DNA of 64,000 bases from positions 186,001 to 250,000 of IMG/VR virus record IMGVR_UViG_3300027793_000052; one strand, given 5' to 3'. Under the pieces are notes generated by a model. It was given only the letters and a program-made list of their open reading frames with translations. It ran no database searches and was not told the DNA's origin. Shown here in pieces: positions 51,328-59,500 of the stretch (the stretch's first letter is position 1; each line of letters opens with the position of its first letter). The translations under genes were made by a program, and so were the position numbers.

Positions 51328-51358
51328 CAAACTTACTAATTTAATCATTATTGGCAAA
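51328..51358 (-). promoter_or_regulatory. Bacteroidota-type promoter (TTTG-N19-TAAGTTTG)
   Basis: Exact consensus 22 nt upstream of the peptidase ATG. Confidence 0.75.
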
Positions 51359-51468
51359 ACTAATTTTAATAAAAATGTGAATTAAATCTATTTATTAATA
51401 AACCTTTACATATTAAAACAAGGTTTTATTATTAGTCTGAATAACAAATTTAAAAAAAAGTTTTAAAC

Positions 51469-52245
51469 ATGTCAAATGTAAAACAACAAACACAAGAGAT
51501 TCAATTTCAAACACCATTCGATGTTATACCTTTGCCATCAAAAGGTTTATTATATCCAGGTCAAAATGGAAATGTAAAAGTTGAATATATGACAGCTATG
51601 GATGAAAACATCTTAACATCACCTAATTTAATTAAGAGTGGTAAAGTTATTGATGTTTTAATGGAAAGGAAAATAAAAGAAGCACCAGTACCTTTTGAAC
51701 AATTATTGGTGGGTGATAGAAATGCTATTATGATTTGGTTACGAGCTACAGGGTATGGTGAAATTTATCCTGTTAAATTAACTGATCCTAATAGTGGTGT
51801 TGAATTTGAGTATGAGGTCGATTTAAGTCAATTAAAGTCTAAGCCCTTACTTGATGGTATAGAACCTGATGAAAACGGTGAATTTTCTTTTGAATTACCT
51901 AGAAGTAAGAAAATGATTAAGTTTAAACTTTTAACAGTGGGTGATGAAAAAAGCATTGCTTCAAAAACTGAAAAATATGAAAAAGCCACTAAGTCACAAA
52001 TATCAAATACATTAACTTATAGATTACAAACACAAATTAAAGAAGTTGATGGTAATAGAGATATAAACTTTATACAACAATTTATAAATGTAATGCCAGC
52101 TTACGATTCACTTAAGTTTAGAGAATATTCAGATAAAATTGAACCAGGAATAGACATGTCGGTTGAGGTGGAGGGGCCGACTGGTACATTTCAAGCTCCA
52201 ATTACCATCGGACTCAACTTTTTTTGGCCTAACGTCAGAATATAG
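51469..52245 (+). CDS. Baseplate hub assembly/tail assembly chaperone, T4 gp26-like
   Basis: IPLPSKG..Y, V.YMTA.DENILTS, GDRNAI.I.LR...YG, F.LP.SK..I.FK.LT..DE; ends NFFW. Confidence 0.8.
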   Translation: MSNVKQQTQEIQFQTPFDVIPLPSKGLLYPGQNGNVKVEYMTAMDENILTSPNLIKSGKVIDVLMERKIKEAPVPFEQLLVGDRNAIMIWLRATGYGEIYPVKLTDPNSGVEFEYEVDLSQLKSKPLLDGIEPDENGEFSFELPRSKKMIKFKLLTVGDEKSIASKTEKYEKATKSQISNTLTYRLQTQIKEVDGNRDINFIQQFINVMPAYDSLKFREYSDKIEPGIDMSVEVEGPTGTFQAPITIGLNFFWPNVRI

Positions 52246-52273
52246 TTTAAGTTTACGTAGGGAAATATATTAT

Positions 52274-52417
52274 ATGGTAAAACATATGAGATTTTCTTAC
52301 GAATCTGTTCAAAATATGCCAGTATGGGAAAGAAGGATTTTTCTGGATTTATGGCAAAAAGAACTAGAGGAACAAAAACAGGAATATGAAAAAATTAAAA
52401 ACAAATCTAAAAGATAA
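52274..52417 (+). CDS. gp51-like small chaperone segment (probably also made as a frameshift fusion with the upstream ORF)
   Basis: MRFSYESVQNMPVWERRIFL matches the gp51-like M-P-x-W-E-R motif; the frame is open well upstream of this ATG. Confidence 0.7.
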   Translation: MVKHMRFSYESVQNMPVWERRIFLDLWQKELEEQKQEYEKIKNKSKR

Positions 52418-52442
52418 AATGGGGCTAATAGTCCCATTTTTT
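52416..52442 (+). terminator. Intrinsic terminator
   Basis: AAAATGGGGCT-AAT-AGTCCCATTTTTT. Confidence 0.75.
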
Positions 52443-52472
52443 ATTTATGTGATATTTATAATATAAACTATA

Positions 52473-53813
52473 ATGATAATAAAGGTTAAAGATATTATTA
52501 AAGAAGTTGATGTTACTGGCGGAAAATACAATCCATTGAACCCTTACGCTTCTGAACCTTCTGATCCTACAAGAGTTATAAAAAATTTAGGTGGTGACGA
52601 TGCTGGTTCAGCTGAAGCACGTTCAGAATATCTTAGAGATAAAATAGAACAAAACTTTAGTAAGTTAGGTATACCCGCTTATGACCTAAGGTCTTATATG
52701 AAAATACAGGGTATATATACTGAAGAATTATTAAAAAGTTATACCCAACCATTTGATTTTTCTTTTATGAAAGAAAATGGTGAAAAATTTTCTGGTAAAG
52801 CCACTTATAATAAAGAATTATCTAAACAAAATAATACTATAGTTTTAAATTTTAATAATGGTAGTATAATATTTTCTCAGGATTCTATTAAAAGACCTTT
52901 CTTAGCTAAAAAAGGTTTTTGGGCTAAATATAAAGAAAAGTTATCATTAAGGGGTCTACAAACTAATTCTATTTTTGACGTAAAAATAATCGGTAATATC
53001 TCTAATACCAACCAAGAAGGCGGTGATAAAAAAGGTTCAGAAAATTATAAAGTAGGTGATAAGGTTAATTTTAAGACAAATGATGGTAAATTAGGTTCTG
53101 GTACGATTTCAAAAATAGATGGTGATAACTATGTTATCGGTGACGGTAAAGGTGGTGAAATTACTATCAAAAAAAGTAATATAACATCTAAAATAGACAT
53201 TTCAACTAAAAAAGAGGATAATAAACAAATAGGTCTATATAATGATTTAGCAGGATTTTTTAAGTTCATTTTTAATAGTAATAAAAAGTTACAAAATAAA
53301 ATAAATACAGTAGAGTCTATAATAGATGATATATCTAAAAGTCTTTTAATTACAGAACAAGATGAACAATCTACTCCGATAGAAAAAATTAAAATTTTAA
53401 AAATAGGTATATTAGGTGATTTATACCCAAAAGAAGATGATTCTGACACATCAGGAGGTTCAGTAGATAAGATTCCTACTGATGAATATGTAAAATGTAA
53501 GGCAGAATTAAAATTTAAAGAAGAAGATGATGGTTTCTTTAATAAACAACTAAAGAAACAAATACAAGATGGTTTAAAGAACGGTAATTTTTTTGTTAGA
53601 ATGTCACAAAAACCAAAAGGTATTGTGTTAATATTCAGTAAAACAGAAAATCAGTCCGGTGATTTCTTCACATTAGCAGGTCAAAATATAAAATCACCAA
53701 AAGACCCTAAACAGTGGAAAGGTAATGTTAAAGTCGGTAAGAAGGCTTTGGGTGATAAAGATTTTGAGGGATCAGACGCTCAAATAAATAATTTGGTTTT
53801 AATGAATAAATAA
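52473..53813 (+). CDS. Hypothetical protein with KDIIKE N-terminus, sharing modules with 43186
   Basis: GLYNDL-x-GFFK motif and a KVGDKV SH3/KOW-like module. Confidence 0.75.
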   Translation: MIIKVKDIIKEVDVTGGKYNPLNPYASEPSDPTRVIKNLGGDDAGSAEARSEYLRDKIEQNFSKLGIPAYDLRSYMKIQGIYTEELLKSYTQPFDFSFMKENGEKFSGKATYNKELSKQNNTIVLNFNNGSIIFSQDSIKRPFLAKKGFWAKYKEKLSLRGLQTNSIFDVKIIGNISNTNQEGGDKKGSENYKVGDKVNFKTNDGKLGSGTISKIDGDNYVIGDGKGGEITIKKSNITSKIDISTKKEDNKQIGLYNDLAGFFKFIFNSNKKLQNKINTVESIIDDISKSLLITEQDEQSTPIEKIKILKIGILGDLYPKEDDSDTSGGSVDKIPTDEYVKCKAELKFKEEDDGFFNKQLKKQIQDGLKNGNFFVRMSQKPKGIVLIFSKTENQSGDFFTLAGQNIKSPKDPKQWKGNVKVGKKALGDKDFEGSDAQINNLVLMNK

Positions 53814-56434
53814 TGGCTGAAGATAGTAATTACAAAAGAACTAAAGCTGAAGCTGAACTCAGGGAGAAGATAGCCGAAAGTATACAAGACGCCACAAAAA
53901 ATTTAGACAGTTTTGCTGACGCCCAAAAAACTATAGTTAAGAACTATAAGTTAATGAAAGAGTTATCAGAAGAGACTGCTAATAACGAACGTAAAATATC
54001 CGAACTTAACGAAAAAATTAAAAACGCTAGTGAGGAACAGAAGAAAATATTATTAAAAGAAGTTCAGGCTCTTGAGAAGATAAACGAAGAAAATAGACAA
54101 CAATACGCTTTATATCAAGGTATCAATAAAGAGTTATCCAAGAAAAGAAATTTATTAAAGTCTGTTGGTGGTTCAATAATGGATGGTGCCAAGGCTTTAA
54201 AAAACTATTTCATACCATCTTTAGGTGAGGTATTTAATAAATTCTTAGAAATAGACAACTTAGCCCATCAAACAGCGAACACAATAGGTTTTCAAGGTGA
54301 TAGATTTAAATTCATGCAAGATAATTTAACTGTCACTAGAGATACTTTTGTTGAGATGGGTTACAGTATTGAGTCAGCTTACAAGGCTCAATCAGCATTA
54401 TCTGACGCTACAGGTAGACAAGTTATGTTGAGTAAACAAGCTTCTGTGGCTATGGCGGAAACAGCTAGAATTACAGGTATGGAGGTTGAGGAATTAACCG
54501 CTATGGCTGGTCAAATGGATGCATTTGGTTTAGGGGCTAAACAGTCAGCTGATATTGTCTTACAAATTTCTAGAGAGTCTGCGGCAATGGGTCTTAATTC
54601 TGGTAAGGTTATTAAAAAATTTGAACAAAACTTAAACCTATTAAATAAGTTAAACTTCAAGAACGGTGTTCAAGGTCTTAAAGAAATGACCAAGTTTTCT
54701 GAGAAATATAAAATAGATATGCAAGCCGTAGCTGGTGTAGCTGATAAAGTGTTTAGACCTGAAGGTGCTATTGAAGCTGCAGCACAGTTACAAGTTTTAG
54801 GTGGTGACTTGGCGGCATTAGGTGACCCTTTTACTTTAATGTATAAAGCCCGTAACTCTCCTGAAGAATTGGCTAAGAGTTTAACAAAGGCAGCAACAGC
54901 TTCAGCAACTTTTAACGCTAAAACTGGTGAGTTTGAAGTTAACGCTCATGAATTGGATAGACTTAGAGAAGCTGCTCAAGCTTTAGGTATGGATTACTCA
55001 CATTTAGTTGAGGTTGCAAAACAAGGTGCTAAAGTTGGTAAGTTTGAAGGTTTATTGGGTGGTAAAGGTTTAGATAAGGAAACAATGGATGCTTTGGTTG
55101 GTGCAGCACAAATGGGTAAGGATGGGGCGTTTTTAACTATTAACGGTAATGAGGTTTTACTTAAAGATATCACAAAAGAACAAGCTGCTATGTTTAAGGA
55201 GGATCAATCTAAAAGGGATGAATTAGCTAAAAAAGCTATGTCAATACAGAACAATTTTGATGCTATTAAAAATGAACTAATGGTTGCTTTAGTAAAAGTA
55301 TTCGAAGGTGTAGATTGGAAATCTGTTATGGAGACTTTAAAATCGGTGGCTGGTTGGATTAAGAACGCTATAGATTGGTTACGAGAAACATTTAGTCCAA
55401 CTGGGTTATTATTAAGTGGTCTGGCCATATATTTCGGTGGTAAAGCTGTATGGGCTTTTATACAAGGTAGGATATTCGGTTCCTCAGCTGCAGCAGCATT
55501 TAATACTGGTACCATGGGTGGTGGTGGAAAAGGTGGGATTATGAGTAAAATATTCGGTGGGAAAACTAAAGAAGGTGGACCCGGATGGACTCCTACAGGT
55601 GTACCCGGACAATTCAGGGAAGATGCTACAGGTGAAATAGCACAAAATAACCCTTCCAATATGACCAAAGGTATGGATATGGGTAATATGGTAAAAGGTG
55701 CGGCAGCTGTATTAATATTATCTGGTGCTTTATTTGTATTCGGTAAGGCTTTACAGGAATTAGATAAAGTGACAAATAAAGGTGAAACTATAGCTATGGC
55801 CGCAGCAGGTTTAATAACATTAGGTTTAACGGCACGAATATTATCTAACGGTTCTGTACAAATGATTTTAGGTGCCGCAGCTGTAGTTGTACTGAGTGGT
55901 GCATTATATGTTTTAGGGTCGGCTATGCAACAATTTAATGGTATAGATTGGGGTACTATGGCTAAAGCTGGTGTAGCTATTGTAGGTTTCTCTGCCGCTA
56001 TGTTCGGTTTAGGGGCTTTATTATTTGCCGGTGGTGGTTTAGGGGCTTTATTATTCGGGGCAGGTGTAGCTGGTTTTCTAGCTTTAGGTGTTGCTCTTAA
56101 TGTATTCGGTGAAGGTTTAACAAAAGTAACAGATCCTATAGAAAGGGTTAGTAAAATAGACTCTAGTGGGTTGGGTAAAACTATAGATGCTATAAACAGA
56201 GTTGATACCGATAAATTGGAAGCTCTAAAGGAATTGTCACTATTTATGTCGTTACTAGGGGCTACAACAACAATAAAATTCGACGAGACATTAAAAGTTA
56301 GTGGAAGTATAGAAGTTAAAGGTGAGGCCGGTGGTAGGTCTAGTATGGATTTAGTCAACAACGATAGTTTTGTTAGAGCACTGAGTACAAAATTAGCTAA
56401 AACTAAAGTTGAAAGTAGAAATCAAAAATCTTAA
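53813..56434 (+). CDS. Tape measure protein
   Basis: Long helical Ala/Gly/Lys-rich protein; N-terminal coiled coil; EGAIEAAAQLQVLGG motif; C-terminal hydrophobic repeats; sits between chaperones and baseplate genes. Confidence 0.85.
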   Translation: MAEDSNYKRTKAEAELREKIAESIQDATKNLDSFADAQKTIVKNYKLMKELSEETANNERKISELNEKIKNASEEQKKILLKEVQALEKINEENRQQYALYQGINKELSKKRNLLKSVGGSIMDGAKALKNYFIPSLGEVFNKFLEIDNLAHQTANTIGFQGDRFKFMQDNLTVTRDTFVEMGYSIESAYKAQSALSDATGRQVMLSKQASVAMAETARITGMEVEELTAMAGQMDAFGLGAKQSADIVLQISRESAAMGLNSGKVIKKFEQNLNLLNKLNFKNGVQGLKEMTKFSEKYKIDMQAVAGVADKVFRPEGAIEAAAQLQVLGGDLAALGDPFTLMYKARNSPEELAKSLTKAATASATFNAKTGEFEVNAHELDRLREAAQALGMDYSHLVEVAKQGAKVGKFEGLLGGKGLDKETMDALVGAAQMGKDGAFLTINGNEVLLKDITKEQAAMFKEDQSKRDELAKKAMSIQNNFDAIKNELMVALVKVFEGVDWKSVMETLKSVAGWIKNAIDWLRETFSPTGLLLSGLAIYFGGKAVWAFIQGRIFGSSAAAAFNTGTMGGGGKGGIMSKIFGGKTKEGGPGWTPTGVPGQFREDATGEIAQNNPSNMTKGMDMGNMVKGAAAVLILSGALFVFGKALQELDKVTNKGETIAMAAAGLITLGLTARILSNGSVQMILGAAAVVVLSGALYVLGSAMQQFNGIDWGTMAKAGVAIVGFSAAMFGLGALLFAGGGLGALLFGAGVAGFLALGVALNVFGEGLTKVTDPIERVSKIDSSGLGKTIDAINRVDTDKLEALKELSLFMSLLGATTTIKFDETLKVSGSIEVKGEAGGRSSMDLVNNDSFVRALSTKLAKTKVESRNQKS

Positions 56435-56570
56435 AAATTCTCTAATTAGATCCTATTATTTATTTAAGTTGCTTTATTATATATTATTTGCTTATTGCTT
56501 TAGGGATCTGCGCTAAATTTAGCAAGAAAATACCAATAAGTAAATATTTATAAGAAAAAGATTTAAGGAT

Positions 56571-59500
56571 ATGTCAAACCAAATAAATCCGTTCAATTAC
56601 AATATAGACAACTTCGATAGTGGTTTTTTAGGACCAATATCGGATACCAATTTTCGTAATTTCTTATTTACACATAGTTTAGCTTCTGTAAATCCAATAG
56701 TGGGAGGTGTTTTAGGTGGAAACCCTTTAGCTGATAGAGGTACAGAATATGATATTGCACAATCAACATTTAACGTTATAGACATACCAAATCTTACAGA
56801 CGTTGCTGTTCAACCTTCATTTTATAATAACCTAACAGAACCAAGACCGGATAATTTAGATAGAAATTTACAACAAATAAATCAACAAGTTGTTGATAAT
56901 ACAAGTGTAAGTTCGACTAATCCTGATCAGGAAGGTCGAAACGTGGATGCTGCAACATTATTAAATATCAACCCAACAATTATTGATTTACCAGGGTTAA
57001 AAGAAGTTTCCAATACACCTTCATTTTATAATAATTTTACTAACCCTAAACAAGATAATTTAGACTTTAATCCAACTAAAGATGAATTAATAAGTTGGTA
57101 CCCTTACCAAAATTATATAAATATATTAAACCAAGAATATGATACATACAATACTGATTGGACGGTACCAACAACACTTAGAATAGGGTATGTTGGCAAT
57201 GTTGATGAATGGGTATTGGGTGGTAATATAGTCACAACGTCTGATGTAAGGGATCGTGGTTATTATATGTTAAACAACGTATATGGACCTAAAGATATTA
57301 TACAGTACTATACCTCTAACAATAAAAGAGAAAATAATTCTTCTGTAGTAGAACAATTAGATGAAGTATTAACACAAGGTACAGGTTTTAAACAATACAA
57401 TACAAAAGTTAGTGGTGATTTTAGAGACGCTTTATTATCTAGAAGTTTAGGTGTTGGTATTATACCTTTTAGCGAAGTTAGTTCAGGCATAAATTATGAA
57501 CCAATAGAAGGTGAAGGACCATCAGAGTTGGATAAAGAGGCTAGAAAAAGACGTGGTATTGAGTTAAAAAATAGGATACAATTAAACTTTGTTGATGATA
57601 CTTTAGGTATTGTAAACACGAATGTTTTTGGTATTTTAGCCGGTGGCACTTTATTAAATAGAGATTTTAGTATTACAAGACCTAAGAGTAATCTAGGTAA
57701 GGTGGCCGATTTTATAGCAAACCTTACAGGTTTTAATTACCCTAAGAGTATATTAGAACCAGATGATTTAAATTTATTATCTTATAATAAAGAAGTACAA
57801 GTAGGTAGAGAAATAAACCCAAGCAACATTAATGAAATTGATGTTGCGAGTGATTTATTGGATAGAACAGGTAAAGCCACTCGTGAACTAATAATAGATA
57901 CTACAAATATAAATAAATACGGTCCTAACTTTGAAGGTGAATATACAAAATTTAACGATGGTACGTATTTAAGTGATGATGATAGTTTAATAACTAAACA
58001 AAATCAAAAAAGGGGACCCATACCAACAAATGATGGTGAAGTATCTGATGATACACAAGAAGGTGGTTTTTACGGACAAAATGAATACCCAAGAAAAAAT
58101 CCGTTTTCTTATGTTTCCGGATTTAACTCATTGGACAATAATCCAGACATTACAGACCACACCAAATTTGTATGGACATCAAATGAAACCGAAAATAAAA
58201 AATCATCTAACCCTTTTAAAAAAGGTTTATTAAAATATACACAAAATATAGTAAACAATAGTAAGAGTGATTTAAATAAATTAGGTGGTTATATAGGTTA
58301 TTTCGATTCATTGGAATCTAAAAAAGATGGTGTACACAAAACAGGAAGTGACAATCCATCCACAAATCCAACACTACCATCAAAAGGTAATCAAGTTAGG
58401 AATGTTAGAGTTAAAAAAGGTGGTGGAACTGAAGGTGGTGATTTGTATTGTCGTTCATGGGCATCAACTAATAGGTTTGGTAAGTCATATGAAGATTTGG
58501 TTAGAAGTGGCGGTAATTGGTGGTTAGGTGTAAAAAATAATAAAAATTTAGTTAAAGATGATAATTCATTATTAACTATGAATTACGGTAAAAACCCAAC
58601 TGGTATACCTAAAATAGCTTGGACAAAGGAAGATTTAGATAGGTTTAAAAAAATTGTACGTTCAGAGGGTGATACTAGAGGTATGGTAATACCATACATG
58701 TTTTCAATTGAAAACTTGGCTTGGAAGGATGCTGTTCAATACAGATACTTACCACCATCAGAAAGAGGACCTAATAGTGGTAGAATTATGTGGTTTCCAC
58801 CTTATAATTTAAATTTTAGTGAAAATAATTCCGTTAATTGGGAAACAACAAGTTTTATAGGTAGAGGAGAACCAATATATACTTACAATAATTCAGAACG
58901 TACTGGTAATTTAGATTTTACTATAATTGTTGATCATCCTTCAGTATTAAACCAACTTAGGGATGACTTTGTTAGTAAAGTAACCGATGAGAAAGCTAGA
59001 GATAATATATACCATTCATTTTTTGCTGGATGTAATATGAAAGAACTAGAAGAATTATTTTCAAGTTATCAAATAGCGGATAAAGAATTAACAAACGAAG
59101 AAATAGGTTTTACACCAGATACACAACAATATCAACCCGTGACTGCTTCTAAACCAAAAGCCCCACCATTTGATGAGATTAAAATTTATTTTGAAAATTG
59201 TAGAAGTAGTACAGGAGATTATGGACCACCCAAAAATATAGGAAGATCTGTAAGTGATTTATTTGTATATGGTTATGAAGACACCAAATCAACAATAGCA
59301 GGTGATAACCCTAATTTAGATATTTGTAGTGGTACCACTGGATTAAACGCCGGTGTTATTGATAAAATTTCTAAATTAGTTGAGTTTCTTTTGACGCCTG
59401 ATGGTAAAAATTATAAAATAAACATTGTTGGTTACACATCACCTGCCGACCCTTCTTCAGGTTTTAATCAAAAATTAGCGGAAGACAGAGTTAACAGTGT

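Noticed and set aside
55204-56361. 385-aa minus-strand ORF, and other long antisense ORFs (44775..45290, 20642..21145, 31320..31637, 35008..35367, 61470..63725)
   Set aside because: They lie opposite well-supported genes and have Pro/Ile/Ser-rich compositions expected from the reverse complement of Gly/Ala/Lys codons; no upstream motif support.
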